Shown: positions 22,352-32,020, counted from the first letter of the whole stretch. The stretch: DNA of 63,448 bases, filler included, from Chrysochromulina tobinii (GCA_001275005.1; 9 parts of 9 records of this genome joined end to end with filler, not necessarily neighbours in it), one strand, 5' to 3'. A program made the numbers and translations. Notes: generated by a model from the sequence alone, not told the origin.

Positions 22352-24304
22352 TTATGGGCCATGGGCGCCGCTTGGCTGACCATGCTGGGCGGCGCTCAGA
22401 TCGAAAGACATCTTGAAGAACAGGTAGGCGACATAGTCGCGGTCGCCCTTGGCCGTGAACTCAATCGCGGGGTCGTCCATCATCTTCTGGTACTCTTCCA
22501 CGTTTTCTGGCCAAGGCCGAGCGTTGAGGACGTCCTGCACGTCCTGATCGCCCAAGTTGGCGATGATTTTCGCCTTGAGCGCACACGAGAATTCGGCGGC
22601 GCACCAGCCGCGATTTTCGTAGGGCACGGCGTTGATCCACCCCCACGGGTAAAACCGCTCGCATTTGCGCTTCTTCACCTCGCTGAACTTGAGAACTGGC
22701 TCGCTTTGTGATCCCAACACTGCTGGGAAGTCCTGCCAGCGTTCGATCTGAGGCAGGACGATGACTTCAACTCCACCGAAGGCGAACATGCGCGACATCT
22801 CGAAGAGCGCCGTGCGGAAGCATTTGCTCTCGCCTGGCGTCCGATCGCGCTGCGGCGGAAGGCCAAGGCCGGTTCCGAAGCGGGCATCCTGGAAGAGGCT
22901 AGCGTAGTCGAGAAAGACCGCATCGTCGTCATCCGCGTGTGCTGTTTTGAGTGCTTGTGCGAGTCGGTGGATGCGCTTGCTGCTCGGCGTGGGGTGGTTT
23001 TCACAGGCCCAGCCATGGCTCACAGCAAAGCGGCGCCGATTCTCTGGCGGCATGCCCTCATAAAAGCTGCCACGGGGCAACTCCTGGCGTCGCGGGAAGA
23101 GAAGCACCTCGTCCTGTGCCCATCGCTGGTGCTCCGACACGAAGTGTCGGATGAAGCCAACCTTGATCCAACCGATACGTGATTGGATGCAGAAAGCGCT
23201 GAAGCCTTTGTCGTCTTCTCGCACTGGCTTCATGCGCTCCAATGAGCGTTTCAGCCCCGGAATGATGATCTCCTTGAGATCACTCTCAATTTTGCTGCTG
23301 AGCTTGCCGGAACGGTGACCCTCAAGCAGTCGCTGCACCGGATTCATGAGCGCTGAAGCCGAGAAGTGCTCCTTCACTTCAGGGTCAGAGGCGTTGACAA
23401 TCCGCTGGCAAAACGCTGCCAGCATGAGCTCTGCGGTGACCCACTCGCTCTCATGTATGGCTCTGTCGCGATGCCTGTGCAGCACCACCGTACGCAGCCC
23501 CGAATACGTTACGTTCCAAAAGGTTCGACTGCTTCCTTCCTCGAAGGCCCTTGAGCGCCGCTCCTGCTCGACAGTCAGGTCGGTCCAGTTCCGCGAACCA
23601 TCGCTCCTGGTATGGCTTCCATCGCCAGCTGCTGTGTAGTGACGTTGTGGCCGCGCGCAAAACTCCATCAGGACCAGATCAGAGTCATGTGCATCTTTGA
23701 GGTGCTCGACAAGGTCCGCCAGATGATCACCTTGCGGGTCCGGGTGCTCTTTTGTCCCCCAGATGTGGATGACGTTGTAGATCTCCACGCCCGATGGTGG
23801 CGCGCCGGCGTGATAGGCGTGCCGTGGGATCCATTGCGCTGCCGGAAGAATCTTCTCCTCCTTATGAAGCGTGCGCAAGTACCCAAGAAGAATGAATTGG
23901 AGCTTCGCTTCATCTGCCCACTTGTTGAACCCTGCATCGTCCCAACGAGGGTCGGGCCCGTCAGCACCAAGCGCATCGGCTGCCGAGGCAGTCGACGGCA
24001 GCGGCGGAGGGGGCGGCTGCTCCTTTTTGGTGGCCGCCCTTGCCGCATCCACCATCCCCGCATCCGCCTCCCGACGCAGCCGCGCGTTGAGAACCAAATA
24101 GTCATTGGGTTCGCAACTAGCGACGGTGTTGGTCTTCGCGGTCATCAACTTCAAGATCACATCCATTTCGCGTTTGTCGCCGCGCCGGGCCCAGCAAAAC
24201 AACTCCAAAAGCCCCTTCGTGAATTTGGAAGTTCGCAGTCGAACCAGGAATAAGTCAACTTCTGAAACTGTCGCGCTGTTATAAACGCCAGCCTTTCCTG
24301 TCAA
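22352..24304 (-). CDS. Tandem HET-like domain protein, paralog 2; start uncertain
   Basis: Highly similar to 19747-21741 at nucleotide level over most of its length, with the same motifs. Confidence 0.7.
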   Translation of the reverse strand: MTGKAGVYNSATVSEVDLFLVRLRTSKFTKGLLELFCWARRGDKREMDVILKLMTAKTNTVASCEPNDYLVLNARLRREADAGMVDAARAATKKEQPPPPPLPSTASAADALGADGPDPRWDDAGFNKWADEAKLQFILLGYLRTLHKEEKILPAAQWIPRHAYHAGAPPSGVEIYNVIHIWGTKEHPDPQGDHLADLVEHLKDAHDSDLVLMEFCARPQRHYTAAGDGSHTRSDGSRNWTDLTVEQERRSRAFEEGSSRTFWNVTYSGLRTVVLHRHRDRAIHESEWVTAELMLAAFCQRIVNASDPEVKEHFSASALMNPVQRLLEGHRSGKLSSKIESDLKEIIIPGLKRSLERMKPVREDDKGFSAFCIQSRIGWIKVGFIRHFVSEHQRWAQDEVLLFPRRQELPRGSFYEGMPPENRRRFAVSHGWACENHPTPSSKRIHRLAQALKTAHADDDDAVFLDYASLFQDARFGTGLGLPPQRDRTPGESKCFRTALFEMSRMFAFGGVEVIVLPQIERWQDFPAVLGSQSEPVLKFSEVKKRKCERFYPWGWINAVPYENRGWCAAEFSCALKAKIIANLGDQDVQDVLNARPWPENVEEYQKMMDDPAIEFTAKGDRDYVAYLFFKMSFDLSAAQHGQPSGAHGP

Positions 24305-24349
24305 CCGTGGTGTCTCAGTCTGATCTCAGTGCCTTTCTCACGCACTAGA

Positions 24350-24428
24350 CACTGAGTTCAAAACGCAGGAGGTGGGGATAGAGTGTGTGAATCCAGAAAG
24401 AATACCTCCCCCTACCCCTTTGGGTCAA
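24350..24428 (+). mobile_element. Monomer of the ~77-bp CACTGAG...GGGTCAA unit, inserted upstream of HET paralog 2
   Basis: The homologous site upstream of paralog 1 (22008-22094) is empty, reading CTAGAGCTGCTGCGT versus CTAGA-[unit]-A-AGAGCTGCTGCGT here. Confidence 0.85.
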
Positions 24429-24592
24429 AAGAGCTGCTGCGTCTTACTACGCCGTAAGGGAGCTCACAGCACAGCCTCAGTGTTCGAGTTCTTCGGGAGC
24501 TAGGAGTGGCGGCTACTGGCCATGCGAGATACAAATCTAGGCCAAGGAGTGGCGCCACTCCCTGCATGCAAGCGCCCAGTACGGCGCTAGCC

Positions 24593-25240
24593 CTAGGAGT
24601 GGCGGCTCGCCGTACGAGGCGCCTGCGGTGTGGCCGTCCGCGGCGCGCGAAGGCGCTGCGCGGGGAGGTGCTGCACGAGTCCATCCTCATCAAAGGCGAC
24701 CACGTACAGCTGGGCACCGTCCGCGGCGCGGCTGGTCGCCCTCACCTTGGCCGCATACCACTCGCCGTTGTCGTACTGGGCAAGCACGCGCCCCCCGGGC
24801 GTCGGCACGAAAGGGCGTGGCTTTGAGCTCCGCTTGACCAGGGCGAGCTTTGAGTGGTCGACGGGCGGCGTGCTCGCCCCGGCGGGATTCTCGCGAAGGG
24901 CGCCGTCAGGCACCGCAGCGACGGAGTGACCGCTGTCAAGGGCGCGCACGCCGGATCTGGCGGCGGCGGCGGTCGTGGCGGCAGGGCAGGTGGGGGCGGC
25001 GGGTAGACGATGGCTCGAAGGTGGTCGACAGCCAAAGGAGCCCCCGAGTATCTCGGCGAGTATCTCGGCCTCACCCGCCGCCGTCTTGGTCGGGCGCGGC
25101 CGCGCCTCCGTCTCACCCACCGCTGTGAAGGCCGCTGTGAAGGGGGGCTCTGCTACAGTCTCCGCGGGCGACTCTGGCGCAGTCGCCTCCGCCCCCGCCG
25201 CCTCCTCCTCCTCCACCTCCTCGGCAGCTGCCGAGTCCAG
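24593..25240 (-). CDS. 5'-truncated ORF ending in a Tudor/Agenet-like domain
   Basis: GGRVLAQYDNGEWYAAKVRA...YVVAFDEDG aromatic-cage pattern. The ORF runs into the linker. Confidence 0.6.
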   Translation of the reverse strand: MDSAAAEEVEEEEAAGAEATAPESPAETVAEPPFTAAFTAVGETEARPRPTKTAAGEAEILAEILGGSFGCRPPSSHRLPAAPTCPAATTAAAARSGVRALDSGHSVAAVPDGALRENPAGASTPPVDHSKLALVKRSSKPRPFVPTPGGRVLAQYDNGEWYAAKVRATSRAADGAQLYVVAFDEDGLVQHLPAQRLRAPRTATPQAPRTASRHS

Positions 25241-25429
25241 NNNNNNNNNNNNNNNNNNNNNNNNNNNNNNNNNNNNNNNNNNNNTTAATTAATTAANNNN
25301 NNNNNNNNNNNNNNNNNNNNNNNNNNNNNNNNNNNNNNNNGTAAGGGCCCATCCCTATACACCTGTTTCGTGTTTGGGAATGGAATGTGCGCAAAAATCA
25401 TATCTTCTCTACACTTGAACTTAACACTG

Positions 25430-25474
25430 CACTGAGTCCGAAATCAGGCGTCGGGGTTTCTAGAAAAAATTCCT
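25430..25474 (+). repeat. Degenerate copy of the 77-bp unit, inverted relative to the array at 27086-27419
   Basis: CACTGAGTCCGAAATCAGG matches CACTGAGTTCAAAATCAGG at 17/19, followed by GGGG and TCTAGAAAAAATTCCT (cf. TCCAGAAAGAATACCCT). Confidence 0.65.
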
Positions 25475-25510
25475 GACGTGGTTCCAGCGCATCCCCACCG
25501 CGTGGTGCAG

Positions 25511-25779
25511 GGCCGAGCGGCGTGCGCACGATTGCCCCGAACTGGGGGTACGTTGAGGTTGACTACCTTGTCAAGATCAAGGTAGACTCCGAGGGCAACG
25601 TGCACTACGAGAAGTGGAAGCATCCCAGTGGCGAGCTCACGGTGCTGACGAAGCCCAAGATCTTGACGGTGACCTTCAAATGGCTACGCGTGGACGAGGT
25701 CTCCAACGGACACCAGCGGTATGTGCTCAGCATGGCGGACTACCAGCGAATGACGGACGCTGTGAAGCCGGTCGAGTAG
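25511..25779 (+). CDS. Probable last exon of an unknown gene, convergent with Rep
   Basis: 85-aa beta-rich frame without ATG, preceded by a TGCAG acceptor (25506-25510) and a GTAAG donor at 25341. Confidence 0.45.
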
Positions 25780-25916
25780 TACTCGAATCAGACGTGATCG
25801 ATTTTGAGGAGCGCGCATGGTAACGGGCTGCGCGTCAGCTGTGTGGGAGAATGGATACGTTGTGTATTACAGATGATCATCATATCAAATTATCAAACAC
25901 TGTGGAATAGATTTAA

Positions 25917-26909
25917 TCAACGGTATGTACGCTCAAAAATCTGCAGCTGCACCACTCTACGACCTACAATCTGACCGTGCGGATCACACGGCCACACATC
26001 TCGCTCATTTGTCACGACGATCTTTCGAATCCCCTTTGGGATAGACACCTTCTTGTAAAGGCAGCGGATTGACGCCGACAGTGTGTAGTCGGTGAGTTTC
26101 TCGCATTCGTGCAGGGAGAAGCCAGCCGGCGGACGCTCGCGCGGGAGCATCTTGTCGATGACGATGCCATCGTGCCAGTCGGGCCGAAAATCGAGCAGAT
26201 CGTTGCGCTCCGTCACGTGGAGCGGATTCGCAAACTGTGCCAGCGCCCATTCGGTCTTGCCGAGGTTGACACCACCCCAAATCTGCAGGGTTCCGACAGC
26301 CCCGCTCGCGTAGACCTCCGGCACCCAGAGTGGTAGAAAGCTCTCGCGCTCAAAGTTGTGCTCAAAGGGCCGCAGCCGCTTTGCGTTTTGCAGCAGCAAC
26401 ACATCGTGCAAATTGCGAACGCCCAGGCCGGCCAGCTGAGCGCCCTCGATGAGGTCCGATGCCTCACTCACTTCCGTCAAGACGTAGTCGTTCCACTCGA
26501 AGCACGGCGGCAGTTGCTGCCAAGGCCCAGCAACCGGCGCCACAAAGGTTGACTTGCCGCCGAGCTTGTGCCCTGCGTGGTACCGCGTGAACACCAGCTG
26601 CATCCACTTGATCGACTTGCGGTGCTCCGCATGAGGATGGATCGTGGTGCCCTCGCACTCGACGTCCATGAGCCGCGCTCCGTGCAAATTCGGCGCGCGC
26701 TCCCACAGCCACGCCAAGTGCGTGTGCGCGTAGGGCGCCTCGGCGTCGCTCGCCTCGTGCACAACTGATGAGCCCAGGACCGTGTTCGATTTGGTGACCG
26801 AGGACAGCTGGCGCAGGAGCAGCTCTGCTGGGATGTGCCCGACATACGTGAGATGCCACAAGCGTGCACGCCAGCGAAACGTGTCAGCGGCCGGGTCGGC
26901 CTTCGACAT
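25917..26909 (-). CDS. rep: Geminivirus/genomovirus-like rolling-circle Rep (HUH endonuclease + SF3 helicase), 330 aa
   Basis: Motif I FRWRARLWHLTY, motif II HTHLAW, GRS-like LMDVECEGTTIHPH, motif III YHAGHK, Walker A GGVNLGKTEWA, Walker B IVIDK, motif C IVVTN and Arg-finger GRR. Confidence 0.88.
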   Translation of the reverse strand: MSKADPAADTFRWRARLWHLTYVGHIPAELLLRQLSSVTKSNTVLGSSVVHEASDAEAPYAHTHLAWLWERAPNLHGARLMDVECEGTTIHPHAEHRKSIKWMQLVFTRYHAGHKLGGKSTFVAPVAGPWQQLPPCFEWNDYVLTEVSEASDLIEGAQLAGLGVRNLHDVLLLQNAKRLRPFEHNFERESFLPLWVPEVYASGAVGTLQIWGGVNLGKTEWALAQFANPLHVTERNDLLDFRPDWHDGIVIDKMLPRERPPAGFSLHECEKLTDYTLSASIRCLYKKVSIPKGIRKIVVTNERDVWPCDPHGQIVGRRVVQLQIFERTYR

Positions 26910-27085
26910 GGATTCTTTTCTTTGCGGACTTCGGAGATTCGCTGTTCTATTTTCAGAAGTATACCGGTACGATCTCAAACCCGGGGTCAACGCAAAGAGA
27001 ATCTGGCTTTCAAGACCTTCCTACTCTTACACGAATCTGGCCTCAGAAAGTGGCCCCCTCCAAAAGAAGCCTCATGATCGAAATG

Positions 27086-27419
27086 CACCACCTGATTTTG
27101 AACTCAGTGGTTGACCCAAAGGGGTAGGGGAGGGTATGGATTCACACACTATCCCCACCACCTGATTTTGAACTCAGTGGTTGACCCAAAGGGGTAGGGG
27201 AGGGTATTCATTCACACACTATCCCCACCACCTGATTTTGAACTCAGTGGTTGACCCAAAGGGGTAGGGGAGGGTATTCTTTCTGGATTCACACACTATC
27301 CCCACCACCTGATTTTGAACTCAGTGCAAAGCGCAAATAGGGGAAGGGCAAAGGGGTACATGAAAGGGGAGGTATTCTTTCTGGATTCACACACTATCTC
27401 CACCACCTGATTTTGAACT
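27086..27419 (-). repeat. Tandem array of the ~70-77-bp unit directly upstream of rep (1 partial, 3 full, 1 degenerate)
   Basis: TTGACCCAAAGGGGTAGGGGAGGGTAT..ATTCACACACTATCCCCACCACCTGATTTTGAACTCAGTG at 27111-27179, 27181-27249 and 27251-27326. Confidence 0.95.
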
Positions 27420-27450
27420 GATTGTTCGACGTCGCATGTCTGGTTGCTGA

Positions 27451-28947
27451 TCATGTTGCACCATGGCTGAACTTCAACAGACTTCCCCTCGATGCATGCG
27501 CATGCACGCGCATCATGTGCACGCGCGTCGCGAGCCGGCGCGCGCGAGCTCTCGCCGAGAACGGCCTTGTACTTATGAAGCCCTCGTCATTTTCAGTGGA
27601 CGTGTCCTGGAGCCCAGGACTCGTGTACAGCCGGCGAATAAGGGCATGCGGCACCGTGGATGCCGGTGCCCCGACAGCTGCAGCCGCCAGATCCACCTGC
27701 TCATCCTTACCCTCCTGCACAGATTTGGCCACACCCACGCGACGGAGCGGCACGCGCATGCCTCGCGGCGACGGTGTCCCCCCATGCTGGGAGTACGGAG
27801 GCGCGAGCACCTCTTCCAAGGCGGGACTGCAGGCCGGGATCGGCATTGAGGCAACCACGTCATTGTTTGCAGGCCGTCGTAAGTCCGCACTGCGCAACCC
27901 CACGTGCGACATCGGCGGTACATGGTCATAAGTAAACGCACGCGACCCGATCGGCGGAGGCTGGCGCCCATTCCACTTCATCGGGGTGAGTATCCCCGCC
28001 CCGTTGCTCACGGCAGGCTGCCAGCGATGCCAGCGGCGCGGCGACAAGTAGGCAGTCGCCGCCGGCCAGTAGGTGGCAGAGCCCATCGGCGAGTTGATGA
28101 ACGACACGTCGAAACCCTTGCGCTGGTCACCTTCTGCTTGGGCTGTCGAGGTGCGAAGGCGAGGGCCGAGCCCCTCGTGCCGAAGATCTTCCTCCGAGTC
28201 GCGAACCCACTTCCAGCCCTTGCACTTGCTCGTGCCATCGCCTACGTAGTCTGTGATGAGCTCCGAGACGAAAGGCTGGATGGGCAGGCCGCGCACGTGC
28301 ACCTCCACTTGATGCAGTTCGCGCCGCGTGCAGAGCGTCGGGTATGACGTCGAAGAGTCCGCCCGAGCAGTCCTCCCGTCTCTGCTTCTCACGTCTCTTC
28401 GGGATCCCAGGTGTGGCTCTTCGATCTTCTCCAAACGCAGGCAGGTGCCCATGCGCAGCACGCTGCCCAGCTCTTGGGGCAGCACGTGGGGAAGCACGCT
28501 GCCCAGCTCCTTCTCGATGGCTCGGGTCGCCGCCTGCTGCGCGGTCTCGTCGGGCTTCTTCTTCACCGCCAGAAGCGCGTTGCATGGGCGCTTGCGCCCG
28601 TCGGCCAACTGCTGCTCGTAGCAAACAAGGTGGTACCTCGGGACCTCCGGATTACGCACCACGACTTTCACCAAACCCACGGTGCGGTACATCTTGCCAT
28701 CGATGAGCTGCAGTGAAATTTCTTTGTCCTGCATCTCCTCGAGCAGGTCCTCGACACGCTTGGCGCCTTTTGCCCCCCATGAGGCTGTGTCCACGCCATG
28801 AGCCAGGAGGTACTTGCGCGCCTCCTCTTTGTCAGCGAATTTATGTTGGGCCTCTCTGCTAACTGACGGACGGACATTTATGTTGGCGGTCGCGCTCTGC
28901 CTCGTGCTGGGCCTGGGGGCGGGGGAGTTGTATGTACTATGAAGCAT
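27451..28947 (-). CDS. Protein with NUDIX-like domain and low-complexity tail
   Basis: GVDTASWGAKGAKRVEDLLEE...EQQLADGRKR...KKKPDETAQQAATRAIEKELG resembles a degenerate Nudix box. Confidence 0.55.
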   Translation of the reverse strand: MLHSTYNSPAPRPSTRQSATANINVRPSVSREAQHKFADKEEARKYLLAHGVDTASWGAKGAKRVEDLLEEMQDKEISLQLIDGKMYRTVGLVKVVVRNPEVPRYHLVCYEQQLADGRKRPCNALLAVKKKPDETAQQAATRAIEKELGSVLPHVLPQELGSVLRMGTCLRLEKIEEPHLGSRRDVRSRDGRTARADSSTSYPTLCTRRELHQVEVHVRGLPIQPFVSELITDYVGDGTSKCKGWKWVRDSEEDLRHEGLGPRLRTSTAQAEGDQRKGFDVSFINSPMGSATYWPAATAYLSPRRWHRWQPAVSNGAGILTPMKWNGRQPPPIGSRAFTYDHVPPMSHVGLRSADLRRPANNDVVASMPIPACSPALEEVLAPPYSQHGGTPSPRGMRVPLRRVGVAKSVQEGKDEQVDLAAAAVGAPASTVPHALIRRLYTSPGLQDTSTENDEGFISTRPFSARARARRLATRVHMMRVHAHASRGSLLKFSHGAT

Positions 28948-29098
28948 GCTGGTGCTCTCGAAACAGAAAACAGTGCGGAACTTGTGTGAACTCACAAATG
29001 CATGCTGGTGTCCTCTCGAGGTACGGTGCACGAGAACCCAAGGAGGGGGGTGGTTCGTGAGTATGAGCCTCGCGGGGCGTGTTGAAAAGAATTCGTCA

Positions 29099-30726
29099 AT
29101 GGGAGGCGTCATCCCAGACGCTTCCCCACGCATGAAGCCCACCCTGGCACAAGCTCACGTCGAGAGCGTCCTCGCGACGACCTTCGAGGAGCTCCTCCAT
29201 CCACCCTCGGTCGATGAGAGCGTCCTCGCTACCGAGGAGCACCTCGATCCACCCTCAGCCGTCCAGCGCCTGCGCCTGCCGTCCGGCGCAGCGGCGCCTC
29301 CGCCTCTGCCCATTCATGCGAGTGCAGCCGAGCAGCGCCGCGGCCGAAGCCCAGAGCCGAAGCCCAAACCCATGCAGCCCGATGCGACCGATACACACGA
29401 GCTCGTGCGGGCAATGATTGACCTCGCCGCCGAGGGCGATACGACGCCCGCGCCCGTGCCCGGGCATCAAGCATCACGGGACTTTGGCAGCACAGAAGCA
29501 ACCTTGACGAACAAGCGCGGATCCAGAGAGTTTGAGGATGTCGACCTCCGCCGTCGCAGCCACATAGCATCGGCGCCATGGGCAGCTGCGCCTAGAGCGC
29601 GCATGCTCTCGCCCGACCGCGGATGGAGGTAACCCCGATGAAGTAGGCCGTCCCATCTATGGGGCCGCCTACGCCATCGGCGAGCAGCCGAACTTGAGCA
29701 GCTCACGGCTGGTGGACATTCAGATGCTGAAGGACGCGATGCGCCTCGATACCTTGCACGCCAAGGGCGACATGCTGGAGAAACAGCTTCGGGAAGCGAT
29801 GCGCCTCGAAGCACTGCACGCCAAGGGCGACAAGCTGGAGAAGGCGGTGCGCGCCAAGGCCGACATTCTGAGGGACGAGGTACGCGCCAAGGCCGAGCAG
29901 CTGCGTGATAAGGCTGACATTCTGCTCGACAAGGCGCGGGATCTTGGGCCGCAGCTGAGGGATAAGGCTGACATTCTGCTCGATGAAGCACGGGCCAAGG
30001 GCGACGCTGTGCTCGCCGCGTCTCGTGCCAGGGCAACCAAGGTGATCGCGCGCACTCGCTCTTTCGTGCCACAGCGCGAATCTCGTGCGGGCTTCATTGA
30101 CGAGAGCGCGGTGCCCGACCCCGATGTGGTGCTGTTCGCGGATCTGGTGCTTGCGAGGCGAGGCCTCCCGCCACGTCCCGGACATGACTCGAGCCGGCAT
30201 GAGCGCGCGTCCGTGGACAGCATGGACGACTGTGACGAGGATCCGCAGAGCGACGCGAGTGATGCTGCGCATGGCGCCGAAGGAGCCCGACACGGCGCCG
30301 ATGGTGCCGACTGGCTCCACCACGCCACCCACGGCTCCACTGAGGCCGGCGCCGAGGGCGCGGCGTCAGTAGGAGCGGCGATGGGCGGCCCGGGGGGTTC
30401 AGGACACGCCCACAGCTCGGCCTCGGGAAGCTTCTGTGTGGAGCCATCGCCCGATGGTGCGCTCGTGCAGCAGCTGCGCAGGCAATTCGCGACGCTCGCT
30501 GCGCAGCTCAGTGCCACCGAGGAGGAGCTGCGCTCAGCCCGAGAGATCTCAAGCGAGTGGAGCCAGTGCGTGCGCGCTATGTTCCAGGCGCTCTTGCTCA
30601 ACCCGCGCATGCTCCTCAAATATGAGCTCAAGATGGGCAAGATGATGGAGAAGGCCATTGGAAAGCTCGAGCAGATCCAGGCTGTGCGGTGCGTACAGAG
30701 ATGCTACGATGGCACGCGGATGGCCT
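29099..30726 (+). CDS. Hypothetical coiled-coil protein with short LEA-like repeats; spliced and 3'-truncated
   Basis: Exon 29099-29628 ends at a GTAACC donor. A second exon has repeats (AMRL-TLHAKGD, QLRDKADILLD) and runs into the linker. Confidence 0.5.
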
Positions 30727-30826
30727 NNNNNNNNNNNNNNNNNNNNNNNNNNNNNNNNNNNNNNNNNNNNTTAATTAATTAANNNNNNNNNNNNNNNNNN
30801 NNNNNNNNNNNNNNNNNNNNNNNNNN

Positions 30827-31807
30827 CGAAAGGGGTGGAGGTGGCATGGGTGGTCGAGGTGGAGGTGGCGAGGGTGGGGGTCGGGTGGGTGGAGGTGGCG
30901 AGGGTGACGGTGGAGGTGGCGAGGGTGACGGTGGAGGTGGCGAGGGTGGCGGTGGAGATGGCGAGGGTGGCGGTGGAGATGGTGGCGGCGGGAACGAGGG
31001 AGGCTGTGGCGAGGGTGGCGGTGGAGATGGTGACGGCGGGAACGAGGGAGGCGGTGGCGGCCGCTGAGGCGCTCCGGCAGGAATGGCAGGAGGAGGGCTG
31101 GGTGGTGGTGGTGAGGGCGGTGGTGGGGTTGGCAGAGGTGGCGACGGTGGCGGTGGTTGTGGCGGCGAAAAGGGTGGAGGTGGCATGGGTGGTCGAGGTG
31201 AAGGTGGTGGCAGTGAAGGTGGTGGCGGAGGCGGTGCAGGTGGTGGCGGTGAGGGTGGAGGTGGAGGCGGTGAAGGTGAAGGTGGTGGCGGTGAAGGTGA
31301 AGGCGGCGAAGGTGAAGGTGGTGGCGGTGAAGGTGAAGGTGGTGGCGGTGACGGTGAAGGTGGTGGCGGTGAGGGTGGAGGAGGCGCCGCCGCCGCAGCA
31401 ATCGTGATGAGGTGAGTGTACCAGTTGATGACCATATTTTCCCCACCCGCGTAACCGACCTCGATTCTGTGAGTTCCGGAGGCACCCGCAGGAGGCGTCC
31501 AAGTGAGGCCGGTGGTGGAGCCAGAGTACCTGAATGTCGCACAGCCCCCTGCTGCGATTCCGGTGCCTCCGAAACTCCCCGCGGCGGCGGTGACAAACCA
31601 GCCGCCACTGGGCATTGTGATGCTATACACACCGTTGTTCAATGATGACGTGGAGCCATCCGCCTGGTTTGCATAGCCACTGCCTGAGTTCAGCATGCCT
31701 TTGCCGAGAGTCTGGGTTGAAATGAGCGTATTGCAACCGTAATCGCTCCGCCAGTATTGGGGCCTTGCAATCACGCAGGCGACGTGAAGGAAAAGGTTGT
31801 TCCTCAT
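30827..31807 (-). CDS. Extracellular beta-rich domain followed by SPPPP extensin-like repeats; truncated
   Basis: Gly/Trp-rich domain (LTWTPPAGASG) followed by a long Ser-Pro3-5 run to the linker. Confidence 0.6.
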
Positions 31808-32020
31808 CTAATTGCGCCGGGTCGACCGCGACTCTGGGTCGACGTAGCCTGTCTTCTCTTCGTGCTCAGCCTAATGGCCACCTAAAAAGGGACACACTCG
31901 TTCTCGTTTGTATCCGATTTGGTGCATGTCAAAACGCATGCAACACAATTTCAACACGACACGCCATGTGGCAGAAATGGCGTCGAAAAGGGGCGCTGTG
32001 CGCTGAACTGTGTACTTGTA

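Noticed and set aside
25862..25870. GTGTATTAC as a CRESS nonanucleotide origin
   Set aside because: It deviates from NANTATTAC and has no flanking stem.
24350..27326. Single TIR element from 24350 to 27326 carrying Tudor + Rep
   Set aside because: It spans an artificial linker, and the 24350 copy is a self-contained monomer with host homology on both sides.
27086..27419. CRISPR-like array
   Set aside because: Units are contiguous with no unique spacers, and no cas genes are present.
30771..31632. His-rich, Gly-rich and Thr/Val-rich ORFs (also 43367-44455)
   Set aside because: They are alternative frames of SPPPP repeats.
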